Below, piece after piece: positions 1 through 8,578 of a stretch of DNA of 64,000 nucleotides; within the stretch, counting starts at the first letter, position 1; each line of letters starts with the position of its first letter. The stretch covers positions 2,113 to 66,112 of the forward strand of contig JAUWBN010000004.1 in the NCBI GenBank assembly GCA_030601675.1, given 5' to 3'. This DNA comes from Hadesarchaea archaeon. Its GTDB lineage: Archaea; Hadarchaeota; Hadarchaeia; Hadarchaeales; Hadarchaeaceae. The notes beneath the pieces are model-generated. The model searched no databases. It was given only the letters and a program-made list of their open reading frames with translations, and was not told where the DNA came from. The translations under genes and the position numbers were made by a program.

Positions 1-292
1 CCTCGGAACTGCGCTCCGCGGCGACATCCGCGCCAAGTCCGGTGATCACCTTCTCCGCCGTGGCCAGCTTGGCGGTGATGAAGGAGTCCGAGCCCATGGG
101 CACGAGGATATCGGTCCCCGGTTTGAGCCCCTTCACCCCCTTGATCGCCTCGAGGGTCATCGAGAGCTCGGACATCGAGGCGGCGAGCAACGAGAGGTGC
201 TGGCGAAGGGCCTCGGCCGTCGCTTGGTGGTCGCTGAGCTCGCTCAGGATGCGCTGCAGTCTTTTCTGCTCCTCATCAGGTAGTTTTTCCAT
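1..292 (-). CDS. pfdA: Prefoldin alpha subunit (N-terminal part; gene runs off the window start)
   Basis: Minus-strand ATG at 292. My translation MEKLPDEEQKRLQRILSELSDHQATAEALRQH...DILVPMGSDSFITAKL...GLGADVAAE has the prefoldin-alpha coiled-coil/beta-hairpin pattern. Position after LX/eIF6 matches the conserved archaeal cluster. Absent from the ORF track because it is truncated. Confidence 0.8.
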   Translation of the reverse strand, partial: MEKLPDEEQKRLQRILSELSDHQATAEALRQHLSLLAASMSELSMTLEAIKGVKGLKPGTDILVPMGSDSFITAKLATAEKVITGLGADVAAERSSE

Positions 293-296
293 CCGA

Positions 297-518
297 TCAC
301 TCCAACATGGCCAGTACTCGAGGATCCCTTACTTCCTCGGGTTTAACCTCGACCGCCTCCTCTATATGAATTAAGTTGCGCTTGACCCTGTGCTTGCTCC
401 CGAAGTCTGAGTAAACCCGCTCGAGGGCCTGCTCCTTCGAGAGCGCCAGCAGCTCGCGCGTGAAGCGCTGGCGGTAGAAACCCTGCTTGAACCAGCCCTG
501 AATGCGAAATATCTTCAT
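297..518 (-). CDS. rplX: 50S ribosomal protein LX (L18Ae/L20A family)
   Basis: 73-aa ORF MKIFRIQGWFKQGFYRQRFTRELLALSKEQALERVYSDFGSKHRVKR. Size, sequence and position between eIF6 and prefoldin are typical of archaeal LX. Confidence 0.85.
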   Translation of the reverse strand: MKIFRIQGWFKQGFYRQRFTRELLALSKEQALERVYSDFGSKHRVKRNLIHIEEAVEVKPEEVRDPRVLAMLE

Positions 519-527
519 TCGGCCACC

Positions 528-1190
528 TCATATGAACCCTAAGGCGCTCTCCACGCGACCCAGCTCGGGACCTGTCGTCACCTCGCCCGCGATTGCCCCG
601 TTGGAGTTCGCCACCACGCACAGGCCCACGTACTTCACCCCGCCGCATGCGGTGCCGACTTCCGCGGGCACCTGAAGGACGCTTGAGAGGTGCTCGAGTT
701 CCTCGCTCGACACATCAGGGTGTACGAGCGCCCCCTTGTTGGTCGCCACGCCAGCCGCGCCGACGTTTTTGATGCTGGCGATCGTCCCGCGCTCGATGGG
801 AACCCCCAAACTTTTACCCATGAGTTCCAGGAGTTCATCCGGTAGGTCGGGATTCGCCAGCGCGCCTTTGTCATTCGCGAGCACGAGGTTCCCGAACGCG
901 GTGAACCGCCCGGGCACGCGCGCGACCCTTGCGCCCAATTTCGTCAACCCTTTTTCTTCCCTCAGCTCGAGCAAGTCGGAACACACGAGCGCCCTTGAAT
1001 TCCCCGCCGCCAGCACCCCGAGGATTGGACTCCCGCCGAAGCTGGTCTTGAGGACGGGCACGCCGAGCGCGTCCAGCACGAGCTGCTCCCGCACGTGAAG
1101 GCGTTCCGGGAGCAACGCGATTTTGTCGGTGGTCAGGGCGAAGACCCCGAGGTACGGGATTCGATTGAAGTTCACCCTGACAATCGTCAT
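528..1190 (-). CDS. eif6: Translation initiation factor 6 (aIF6)
   Basis: 220-aa ORF with a pentameric repeat-like pattern (NFNRIPYLGVFALTTDKIALLP..., GNLVLANDKGALANPD, ATNKGALVHPD, VANSNGAIAG) characteristic of eIF6. Confidence 0.92.
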   Translation of the reverse strand: MTIVRVNFNRIPYLGVFALTTDKIALLPERLHVREQLVLDALGVPVLKTSFGGSPILGVLAAGNSRALVCSDLLELREEKGLTKLGARVARVPGRFTAFGNLVLANDKGALANPDLPDELLELMGKSLGVPIERGTIASIKNVGAAGVATNKGALVHPDVSSEELEHLSSVLQVPAEVGTACGGVKYVGLCVVANSNGAIAGEVTTGPELGRVESALGFI

Positions 1191-1199
1191 GACGCCACC

Positions 1200-1451
1200 T
1201 TACTCTGCCAAAAAAGCCTCGACCGAGCCATCGTCCTGCTTGACGGCCCGCACTCGGATTCGCGGCCGGGGATGCTTCGCCCCCCGCTCCCAGAGCTTGC
1301 GGTTCAGCGCCTGGTCGAGCTTTATCTTCTCCGACTTCATGTGGCGCCTCAGGAACTTGTGCACGATCTTGACGGCTCGCGACGTCCGCTTCTGGCGGGG
1401 CACCTTTTTGGCTTCCCTCAGCGGGATGACGTAGATTCGCTCTTCGGGCAT
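1200..1451 (-). CDS. rpl31e: 50S ribosomal protein L31e
   Basis: The L31e core starts at the internal ATG (MPEERIYVIPLREAKKVPRQKRTSRAVKIVHKFLRRHM...). The longer track ORF (to 1541) would overlap the L39e gene, so the internal start was chosen. Confidence 0.88.
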   Translation of the reverse strand: MPEERIYVIPLREAKKVPRQKRTSRAVKIVHKFLRRHMKSEKIKLDQALNRKLWERGAKHPRPRIRVRAVKQDDGSVEAFLAE

Positions 1452-1459
1452 GGACTCAT

Positions 1460-1615
1460 CTATGGTTTTATGCGTTGCCTTCGCCAGTTGCGCCGCTTCG
1501 CGTGGGTGCGCACCCTTCCCCCGGTCTTTGCCATCACCCATATGGGGGCGCGCCGTGTGCGCTTGGCGGCTTTTCCCAGCCTCCGCTTGAGCGGCGCCGG
1601 TTTGTTTCGAGCCAT
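1460..1615 (-). CDS. rpl39e: 50S ribosomal protein L39e
   Basis: 51-codon ORF below the track size cutoff. My translation is MARNKPAPLKRRLGKAAKRTRRAPIWVMAKTGGRVRTHAKRRNWRRQRIKP, TAG stop at 1460-1462. Canonical L39e sequence, adjacent to L31e. Confidence 0.85.
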   Translation of the reverse strand: MARNKPAPLKRRLGKAAKRTRRAPIWVMAKTGGRVRTHAKRRNWRRQRIKP

Positions 1616-1954
1616 CTAGGCCCTCCTTATCTTGAACTCGCGCTTCCGCGCCTGCAGCTTGCTCAGAATCTCGCGCAGCTGGGCGTCGGTTATCTTTGAT
1701 CCCAACCTCCCCGTTTGGGCCAACTGAATCAGCTGGAGCTCCAACTGCTCGGCGAACTCGGGCTTTGCGGTTCGGATGTTGGCCAACCTACTCCGTGCCT
1801 CTGGGGTCATGATTTGCTGGATCGCTAACTTTTTTTGGATCTCGTATTGCCTCCGTTGTTCGGCTTGGCTCTGCTGCTCCTCCAGCTTCGCCCTCAGCTC
1901 GAGCATTTTCCGCCTGCGCAGTTCCTCAATTTCCTCCTCTTCGGCCATCCTCAA
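1616..1954 (-). CDS. dsDNA-binding protein, PDCD5/TFAR19-like (MTH1615 family)
   Basis: 112-aa charged helical protein (…QQIMTPEARSRLANIRTAKPEFAEQLELQLIQLAQTGRL…). Conserved position between S19e and L39e in archaea. Confidence 0.75.
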   Translation of the reverse strand: MRMAEEEEIEELRRRKMLELRAKLEEQQSQAEQRRQYEIQKKLAIQQIMTPEARSRLANIRTAKPEFAEQLELQLIQLAQTGRLGSKITDAQLREILSKLQARKREFKIRRA

Positions 1955-2379
1955 GCCCCCTTCTCTCCTGCTTTTATCTGCTTGATCAAGTTCTCAAGCA
2001 TCGCCGCGCCCTTTGGGGTGACCTTCCGCCCGCCTCGCTCGACCTTTCGCACGAGGCCAGTTTGCTCGAGCTGTTGGAGGATGGTGCGGATGATCTTGCC
2101 CCCCGCCCTGCGAAAGTGCTCGGGTGCCTGCCCGCGGTTCTGTCGTCCGCCGTAGTAGGAGCGAAGCCTCGAGATGCCGACCGGGCCGTCAAGGTAAACC
2201 CGCCTGAACAGCGATGCCGCACGCGCGTACCACCAGTCGGGTTGCTCGGGCAAGCGCTCCTTGTGGACCCCGGTCTTGGTGAAGTGGCTCCACTGGGGTG
2301 GCTGGAGCTCGCTTAACTTTTTTAGCTCCTCCTTCAGCCTTGCGAGTAGCACCTTTGGGCTGACTTCTCGAACTGTCAT
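1951..2379 (-). CDS. rps19e: 30S ribosomal protein S19e
   Basis: 142 aa with WWYARAASLFRRVYLDGPVGISRLRSYYGG and GGKIIRTILQQLEQTGLV motifs typical of S19e. 4-nt overlap with the downstream gene. Confidence 0.92.
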   Translation of the reverse strand: MTVREVSPKVLLARLKEELKKLSELQPPQWSHFTKTGVHKERLPEQPDWWYARAASLFRRVYLDGPVGISRLRSYYGGRQNRGQAPEHFRRAGGKIIRTILQQLEQTGLVRKVERGGRKVTPKGAAMLENLIKQIKAGEKGA

Positions 2380-2443
2380 CTTTACACCTTAGCTCACTTT
2401 CGCTATCCTTTGAACTCATTTTAACGTTGTCCCTGCGCCTAAT

Positions 2444-2782
2444 CTATTTTGCGCGCTTCCGCTCGTAAGGCAAACGGGTGATCCTGCCGCAGCGCAAACA
2501 GGTGATGATCACGCGAGGTGGGTCGGGGCGAGTTCGGACGCGGCATGTGGTGCCCGGCACCCAGAAGCTTTTGCATCGCCTGCAGAATTTTCGCTTAAGG
2601 TGGGGCTGGAACCTGATGTTGTAGCGGGCCGCGAGCCTCCACGCGATCTGCACGTAGCGGTCCGCGAGCTCTGGACGTTTCCTGAAGACACCTTCGGCCA
2701 GCTCGAAGAGATGCTCGATTCGTTCCGCTGCCAACTGCTTGTACCCGTCGGTTGGTGGACGGCGGATGCGGCGGCGGGGCAT
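2444..2782 (-). CDS. rnp4: RNase P protein component 4 (Rpp21 homologue)
   Basis: 112 aa. N-terminal helical part (AAERIEHLFELAE…ADRYVQIAWRLAARYNI) plus a zinc ribbon CRRCKSFWVPG…CLRCG, as in archaeal Rpp21. Confidence 0.85.
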   Translation of the reverse strand: MPRRRIRRPPTDGYKQLAAERIEHLFELAEGVFRKRPELADRYVQIAWRLAARYNIRFQPHLKRKFCRRCKSFWVPGTTCRVRTRPDPPRVIITCLRCGRITRLPYERKRAK

Positions 2783-2785
2783 AGA

Positions 2786-3478
2786 CTACCTCCTAAGACG
2801 AAGCTCTTGGATGCCCAAGGCCTCCTCATATACATAGATCGCCCGCGCGATAACGGTTGGGGCGCGGAGCGATTCGGGGTCTATGCTCACCAGCTCGTCG
2901 GAAAGCTCGGCAACGTTCGATAAAAACTCGCCGCGCGGAAATCCGCCAACCACCGCACAAACCTCGTCCTCCTTCGAGATGCCGTCGAAGAGCTCCCCGC
3001 AGAGCTTTCGCTGCCCCCGCTCGCTAAAAATTATGACTTTCTTCGGCTTGATTCGTTCGATTAGCTCGGCAAGCGAGGCGTTTTCTAGGCGGAGCAAAGG
3101 CTTCTCGGGCGGTGCTTCGCCTGCGAGGAAGAGGTGCTCGATCAGCCCGGCGAAGCGATTGAACATCCGGGGGAGGCGCGTTGCGGGGTCAAGCGTGATG
3201 AGTTTGTTGTGGCGGGTGTGTACATAGACTCTTAACAGACCCTCCATGTTGAGCGGCGTGTCGAGCGCGAGGAGCAGGCAGCGGTGGACGATGTCGGGCC
3301 TCCCACGCCTGTCCCCGTCCGGAAGCCTTCGCATCGCTGGATAATGGAGGCTCGAGTTAAGCAATATCTCCGTCGGCCTCCTCCCCCGGCGGCGCGCGCT
3401 CCACTGGATGACGCGGTGCGAGGCTATCTCGCGGGGCACGGGTTCGAGCTCGGAATCCGCTAATACGAGGTGGAGCAA
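2786..3478 (-). CDS. nep1: Ribosomal RNA small subunit methyltransferase Nep1 (EMG1 family)
   Basis: 230 aa, TTG start. Motifs LVLADSELEPVP, RGRPDIVHRCLL, TRLPRMFNRFAGL and VVGGFPRGEF match the SPOUT-fold Nep1 family. Confidence 0.85.
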   Translation of the reverse strand: MLHLVLADSELEPVPREIASHRVIQWSARRRGRRPTEILLNSSLHYPAMRRLPDGDRRGRPDIVHRCLLLALDTPLNMEGLLRVYVHTRHNKLITLDPATRLPRMFNRFAGLIEHLFLAGEAPPEKPLLRLENASLAELIERIKPKKVIIFSERGQRKLCGELFDGISKEDEVCAVVGGFPRGEFLSNVAELSDELVSIDPESLRAPTVIARAIYVYEEALGIQELRLRR

Positions 3479-3583
3479 GCGAGCACCAAACCCACTTCGG
3501 CAAAGGGCTATTTTAATCTAAGATAAACAGAACAAGGCGCCCAACGCTCGATGAAAGATTGAAACACGCTCGTGTGGGATTGA

Positions 3584-4279
3584 ATGTTCCCCCTCAAGGA
3601 CGAGAACCCGACCCGGAGAAGGCCTATCCTCACTTATGCTTTGATTATCGTGAACGTCGCGATTTTCGTGGGAACGCTGGCCACGGGGACCTTTGGTCAA
3701 TCGATTGAGGAGTTCGGGATGAAGCCGAAAGAAGTGCTTGCAGGGCAGAACCTCCACACCCTCTTCACCTCGATGTTCCTGCACGGGGGGTTCCTGCACA
3801 TCCTGTTCAACATGTGGTACCTCTGGATCTTCGGCGACAACATCGAGGACATTCTCGGCAGGGGTAAATTCATCCTGTTCTACCTCGGCACGGGTCTGGT
3901 GGCCAGCCTCGTGCATACTTTTTCTGACCCAGGCTCGATGATTCCGACAATTGGGGCCTCGGGGGCCATCGCGGGGGTGCTCGGGGCCTACATGATTCTG
4001 TACCCGTGGGCCCGGGTGCACACGGCCGTCATTTTCTTTATTATCGTTCATCTGGTCATGGTGCCGGCGGTCGTGATAATAGGTCTCTGGTTCGTGCTGC
4101 AGGTGCTGTCGGCGTCGGTGCTTTGGGCGGCGGGGACGACCGCAGGGGTGGCGTACTGGGCGCACATCGGCGGATTCCTAGCGGGCATGCTTTTGATCCT
4201 GCCGGTGTGGATGAAACTCAGGAAGCGGAGGAGGGCTAGATACGTTTACACTTTGCGGTATGGCCGTGAGCTTCGCTGA
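3584..4279 (+). CDS. Rhomboid family intramembrane serine protease
   Basis: 231 aa, polytopic. MFLHGGFLHILFNMWYLWIFG, the catalytic-Ser motif GASGAIAGVLGAY and a downstream AHIGGFLAG His motif. Confidence 0.85.
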   Translation: MFPLKDENPTRRRPILTYALIIVNVAIFVGTLATGTFGQSIEEFGMKPKEVLAGQNLHTLFTSMFLHGGFLHILFNMWYLWIFGDNIEDILGRGKFILFYLGTGLVASLVHTFSDPGSMIPTIGASGAIAGVLGAYMILYPWARVHTAVIFFIIVHLVMVPAVVIIGLWFVLQVLSASVLWAAGTTAGVAYWAHIGGFLAGMLLILPVWMKLRKRRRARYVYTLRYGRELR

Positions 4280-4296
4280 GTGATCGAATTTATGAA

Positions 4297-4373
4297 TGGT
4301 GCGGCAGGCGGGATTCGAACCCGCGTCGCGAGCTTGGCAAGCTCGTGTCATAACCAAGCTAGACTACTGCCGC
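4297..4373 (-). tRNA. tRNA-Gly (anticodon GCC), 3' CCA encoded
   Basis: Minus-strand read GCGGCAG-TA-GTCT-AGCTTGGTTA-TGAC-A-CGAGC-TTGCCAA-GCTCG-CGAC-GCGGG-TTCGAAT-CCCGC-CTGCCGC-A-CCA. This gives a 7-bp acceptor stem, 5-bp anticodon and T stems, a canonical T-loop and anticodon GCC. Confidence 0.85.
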
Positions 4374-4604
4374 CCAAAGAGAAAGTTGTCCAGCCACAAT
4401 TAAACGTTTTCTTAACACTCAACCGATGATCGCTGCAAGCATCTGCCCTCCGACGACCGCGCCGAGGGTGAAGACCCCCAGCGCCACCGGCAGGGAGCGG
4501 GCGAGCACCACGCGCTTCGCGAGCGGGTCATCGCCGAGCTCATCTCCCGAGGGGACACCTCCAAGAGACGGTCGACCGCTGTCAAGACCGCCTCGAACGT
4601 CAGC

Positions 4605-4913
4605 TCATCCCCCATCCTCACCCAACTCCTCCAGCCTCCCCTCGACCTCAGACAGCTTCCGCTCGCTCTCGGGCTCACGCCTGAGGCGAAGGCGCCGCCT
4701 GAGTTCGCCGCGGAGGGTCCTGAGCAGGTCCACCTCGGCCGATAGCAGAAGCTTCGCCAGCGGGGGACGGGCTTGCTTTGGGTAGCGAGAGCGCTCGAGC
4801 AAAGTCAAGCCGATGTGCCAGGCAACAGCTAACACGGCCACCGCTGGCAAGGTGTCCAATTCACCCGCCGAGGCTTTGGGTGGCGGTTGTTTAAAAAGAG
4901 GAAACTTCGGCAA
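4605..4913 (-). CDS. Hypothetical protein (one hydrophobic segment plus Arg/Glu-rich helix)
   Basis: 102-aa ORF only, with no recognisable motif. GC-rich context makes chance ORFs common. The frame stays open past its TGA (see findings). Confidence 0.3.
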   Translation of the reverse strand: MPKFPLFKQPPPKASAGELDTLPAVAVLAVAWHIGLTLLERSRYPKQARPPLAKLLLSAEVDLLRTLRGELRRRLRLRREPESERKLSEVEGRLEELGEDGG

Positions 4914-4936
4914 AAGCTAATGAACTATTGTAGACA

Positions 4937-5596
4937 TTGAAGCTTGGTGAACCCGTGGTGAAAGGACCCTCCTCATTCGTCTTTCTGCTCGTGCGCCCGG
5001 GCTCCGGGAAGTCAGCCGTCTACCGCATGTTGGGGCAGAGGTTGCGCGAGGAAGGCTTGGTGAGCGATATCACGCGCATCGACGACTTCCCCGTGCTCAG
5101 GGAGCTGCTCGACCGCGACGTTGGATTCAAACGTCACTACCGAAAAGAGGGCGGCTTCGTCGTTACTGATTTCACGATTCTCGACGACGTGCTCAAAGAA
5201 ATCAACCGCAAGCTCAAGGAGCTCGAGCAGCCGGGCAGGGTGACCTTCATCGAGTTCGCCCGCGACCGATACGCCGATGCGCTCAAGAATTTCGACCGCG
5301 AAGTACTGGGGCGCTCGCTAATCCTCTACATTTACTGCCCGTTCGACATCTGCGTGGAGCGAAACGTTCGGAGGTTCAGGGAAGCTCGGGGCAAGGATAT
5401 CGACGACCACATCGCCCCCACCGACATCATGGAGCGCTACTACAAATACGACGACTACGAGGAGCTGTACCTAATAGAGGAGGCCGAACTGAAGCAGCAA
5501 GCCCCGGCGCCGCTTTTGGTGGTGCGCAACGATGTGGAAGGATTAGAGAGATTAAAGCGAGAGTTAGAAAAAGTCGTTGAAATATTCAAAATTTAG
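4937..5596 (+). CDS. P-loop kinase-like protein (hypothetical)
   Basis: 219 aa, TTG start. Walker-A-like LLVRPGSGKS near the N-terminus. The rest is unassigned. Confidence 0.5.
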   Translation: MKLGEPVVKGPSSFVFLLVRPGSGKSAVYRMLGQRLREEGLVSDITRIDDFPVLRELLDRDVGFKRHYRKEGGFVVTDFTILDDVLKEINRKLKELEQPGRVTFIEFARDRYADALKNFDREVLGRSLILYIYCPFDICVERNVRRFREARGKDIDDHIAPTDIMERYYKYDDYEELYLIEEAELKQQAPAPLLVVRNDVEGLERLKRELEKVVEIFKI

Positions 5597-5613
5597 GCTT
5601 ACCCAATATATTT

Positions 5614-5636
5614 AAATTTAGGCATACCTAAAATTT
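5614..5636. promoter_or_regulatory. Putative DtxR/IdeR-family operator overlapping the dtxR-feoB promoter
   Basis: Inverted repeat AAATTTAGG-CATA-CCTAAAATTT. It lies 6 nt upstream of ATG 5642, just downstream of an ATATATTTAAAT TATA-like element (5606-5617). A related half-site TTTAGGCTTACCC lies at 5592-5604. It resembles the TTAGG…CCTAA iron-box architecture. Confidence 0.5.
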
Positions 5637-5641
5637 AAGCG

Positions 5642-6259
5642 ATGATTACCGAAAGTACTGAAGAGTATTTGGAAGCAATCTACCGCTTACGCGAGCGGGG
5701 AGAGGCTGCCACTACTACGGGCGTAGCTAAGGAGCTCAAGGTGGCGCCCGCAAGTGTAACCGAGATGCTGAAAAAATTGGCTAATCAAGGGTACCTGAAA
5801 TACGCTCCCTACCGAGGGGTCACTTTAACACCAAAAGGAGAAAAAATCGGGGAAAAAATTCTGAGGAAACATCGGATAATGGAAAAGTTTCTGAGCACAT
5901 TGGGCTTACCAAAATCCAGGGTCCACAAAGACGCATGCGAGCTGGAGCACCACATCCCCGACGACCTCGAGAGGGCCATCCACCAAAAGGTTGAAGGCGA
6001 AAAACCGCTGCCTTCTGGAGCCCCCAGCAACGTCATGCCGCTCACTAGCCTGTTGGACGGGCAGAAGGGAGTCATCTCGTTCATCGGGGGCGGGCGGGGT
6101 GCTTCCCAGAGACTTGCGGACCTTGGGTTAACTCCTCACACGGAGATAACGGTCGTCAAGTCGGCCCTGTTTCACGGTCCGCTGATGATTTCCGTGCGGG
6201 GAACCACGTTGGCGATCGGCCGTGGCGTGGCGGCCAGAGTTTTTGTGAGAGCGAAATAG
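5642..6259 (+). CDS. DtxR/MntR-family metal-dependent transcriptional regulator fused to a FeoA-like domain
   Basis: N-terminus TEEYLEAIYRLRERGE…ASVTEMLKKLANQGYL…HRIMEKFL (DtxR wHTH plus dimerisation domain). C-terminal SH3-like FeoA segment (LTSLLDGQKGVISFI…LADLGLTPHTEITVV…). Stop abuts the feoB ATG. Confidence 0.85.
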   Translation: MITESTEEYLEAIYRLRERGEAATTTGVAKELKVAPASVTEMLKKLANQGYLKYAPYRGVTLTPKGEKIGEKILRKHRIMEKFLSTLGLPKSRVHKDACELEHHIPDDLERAIHQKVEGEKPLPSGAPSNVMPLTSLLDGQKGVISFIGGGRGASQRLADLGLTPHTEITVVKSALFHGPLMISVRGTTLAIGRGVAARVFVRAK

Positions 6260-8182
6260 ATGCCAACCGCCGAGAAGGATCCCATAACCATAGCTCTAGC
6301 AGGCAATGCAAACGTCGGAAAGAGCGTTATCTTCAATTATTTTACCGGGCTGCACCAGCACATCGGAAACTGGCCTGGCAAGACGGTCGAAAAGGCGGAG
6401 GGGACGCTGCACTTTAAGGAGTACACGATAGATGTCCTCGACCTGCCTGGCATCTATTCGCTGTCCGTGTTCTCGATTGAGGAGCGGATCTCCCGGGAGT
6501 ACATCGCAATCGAAAAACCGGATGTCGTCATAAATATCATCGACGCCTCAGCACTTGAGAGAAACCTCTTCTTCACCCTCCAGCTACTCGAGCTGGAAAC
6601 GCCGATGATCGTGGCGCTAAATCAGGTGGATGCGGCTGAGGCGAAGGGGATAACCATTGATGTCCCCGAGCTGCAAAAATCCCTCGGCATACCCGTGATT
6701 CCGACCATCGCCACAAGGGGAACCGGCTTGGATAAGCTGCTGAATAAGGCCGTGAAGGTTGCAAAGAGCAAGAAGTTAGCGAAGCCAACCAGATACGGTA
6801 GGGAAATAGAAGAAAAAATCCGTAGGGTCACAAAGCTCGTGGAAAAGATACCCATTAAATATCCACCGAGATGGATTGCGATCAAACTCCTCGAAGGTGA
6901 TGAAGAGATCAGGAAAATTGTCGGCAGGGTTGGCCCAGAAATAGTCTCCAGCGCTGAAAGGCACGCTAGGGACTTGGAACGAATTCACGGTGAGCCATGT
7001 TCAATCATAATAACGTCGGAGCGCTACAACACCGCGAACAAAATCGCTAGAAAAAGCCAGCGAATCACCCCCCCTCGCGGGCCATCTCTTACGGAGAGAT
7101 TGGATGCGGTGACAACCCATCCCATCATGGGCTACCCAATCTTGATCGGCGTCATGCTCCTGGTCCTCTTCACAGTTTTTACCGTCGGGGGGTACTTGAG
7201 TGGGTTTTTTGAAGACGCGATGGAGCCAATTCAAGGTGCGTTTGGAGGTGGGGCGGGAGAGTTGATTGGAGGGGGACTACTCGGCGGGTTGATAGCCGGG
7301 GTAGCCATAGTGCTGCCATTCATCCTACCCTTTTACCTGATCTTGACCTTCTTGGAGGATTCCGGGTACATGCCTCGCGCCGCGTTCATGACCGATAGTC
7401 TCATGCACCGCATGGGAATCCACGGCAAAGCGTTCATCCCGTTCATACTCGGCTACGGCTGCAACGTTCCCGCGTGCCTTGGGTGCAGGGTAATGGAGAC
7501 CGAGCGGGAACGAACGATCTCCGCGTTCGTCGTGACGTTGGTGCCGTGCGCTGCCGTGACGGTCGTGGTCCTGGGTTTGGTCGGAGCCTTTGTGGGGATT
7601 CATTGGGCGCTGGCGTTATACCTGCTCAACCTGGTGATAATTTTCATCCTGGGGAGGGTCGCGTTCAAGGTCCTGCCGGGCGAACCCATGGGGCTGATCA
7701 TGGAGATGCCCCCCTACCGAAAGCCGCACGCGCGCTCGGTGCTCAAGGAAACCTGGATGAGGGTAAAGGACTTCGTTTACATCGCTTTCCCGCTGATAAT
7801 CGTTGGCAGCGTTGTGCTCACCGGACTAAAAGTTGGGGGCTTGCTGGAACCGATTGGAGATGCATTGAGCCCCGTCACGGTGGGGTGGCTGGGGCTACCC
7901 GCGATCACCGGCGTCCTGCTCATCTTTGGGATCCTCAGGAAGGAGCTCACGTTGGTCATGCTCGCGACCCTCATGGGCACGGCGAATTTTGCAACGGTTT
8001 TAACCCCAACTCAAATGATAGTGTTTGCCATAGTCGTGATGTACTACATCCCCTGCATCGCAACCATCGCCGCGTTGGTGAAGGAGCTGCGGTGGAAGAA
8101 GGCGGCTTACATCACGGTATTCGAGATAGCGTTCGCCCTCCTCCTGGGTGGCGTCGCGTTCAGGCTGCTGACGTTGGTGTAG
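6260..8182 (+). CDS. feoB: Ferrous iron transporter FeoB
   Basis: 640 aa. N-terminal G-domain ([28 protein letters not shown]) followed by a large polytopic permease with FeoB gate motifs ([20 protein letters not shown]). Confidence 0.93.
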   Translation: MPTAEKDPITIALAGNANVGKSVIFNYFTGLHQHIGNWPGKTVEKAEGTLHFKEYTIDVLDLPGIYSLSVFSIEERISREYIAIEKPDVVINIIDASALERNLFFTLQLLELETPMIVALNQVDAAEAKGITIDVPELQKSLGIPVIPTIATRGTGLDKLLNKAVKVAKSKKLAKPTRYGREIEEKIRRVTKLVEKIPIKYPPRWIAIKLLEGDEEIRKIVGRVGPEIVSSAERHARDLERIHGEPCSIIITSERYNTANKIARKSQRITPPRGPSLTERLDAVTTHPIMGYPILIGVMLLVLFTVFTVGGYLSGFFEDAMEPIQGAFGGGAGELIGGGLLGGLIAGVAIVLPFILPFYLILTFLEDSGYMPRAAFMTDSLMHRMGIHGKAFIPFILGYGCNVPACLGCRVMETERERTISAFVVTLVPCAAVTVVVLGLVGAFVGIHWALALYLLNLVIIFILGRVAFKVLPGEPMGLIMEMPPYRKPHARSVLKETWMRVKDFVYIAFPLIIVGSVVLTGLKVGGLLEPIGDALSPVTVGWLGLPAITGVLLIFGILRKELTLVMLATLMGTANFATVLTPTQMIVFAIVVMYYIPCIATIAALVKELRWKKAAYITVFEIAFALLLGGVAFRLLTLV

Positions 8183-8190
8183 GAAACAAC

Positions 8191-8207
8191 TAATAATGTG
8201 CAATACC
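8191..8207 (+). promoter_or_regulatory. Copy 1 of recurrent ATGTGCAAT box (upstream of or overlapping the DUF134-like gene start)
   Basis: TAATAATGTGCAATACC. Shares ATGTGCAATA with the box at 9460-9480 (see findings). Confidence 0.45.
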
Positions 8208-8578
8208 ACTTTAATTTGGGTGATAGCTTGTACCAGTGGCGTCGCGGTCGGCGAAGGGGACCCGGGAGGCCGATGAAACCTAGGTTCTTGGGCTTCAGGC
8301 CCGGAGCGATAACGTTTATGCCATCCGCTCCAATAGGGCCTCCAATCGCCGCGGGTGAGCCAATCTACATGACCTATGACGAGTACGAGGCCTTCCGCCT
8401 GATTTATCACGAAGGGCTGAACCAGGAGGAGGCCGCCAAGCGGATGAAAATTTCGCGTGGGACGGTGTGGCGCTGCTTAGAGAGCGCAAGGGATAAGGTT
8501 GCCTGCATGCTCGTCGAACGCCGCCCGCTTGTGGTTACGCCTGCGCCTCCTCGGCCTTCTGAGGAGACAGGCACTTGA
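8198..8578 (+). CDS. DUF134/UPF0251-like DNA-binding protein (putative regulator)
   Basis: 126 aa. GRRRGPGRPMKPRF…F.P, then MTYDEYEAFRLIYHEGLNQEEAAKRMKISRGTVWRCLESARDKVA, a sigma-70 region-4-like HTH typical of DUF134. The true start may be downstream (TTG about 8228). Confidence 0.75.
   Translation: MQYHFNLGDSLYQWRRGRRRGPGRPMKPRFLGFRPGAITFMPSAPIGPPIAAGEPIYMTYDEYEAFRLIYHEGLNQEEAAKRMKISRGTVWRCLESARDKVACMLVERRPLVVTPAPPRPSEETGT

Noticed and set aside
3518-4165. 215-aa minus-strand ORF overlapping the rhomboid protease gene
   Set aside because: It is antisense to a gene with clear catalytic motifs. Its translation is an Arg/His/Pro/Glu-rich string with no motif, typical of shadow ORFs in GC-rich DNA.
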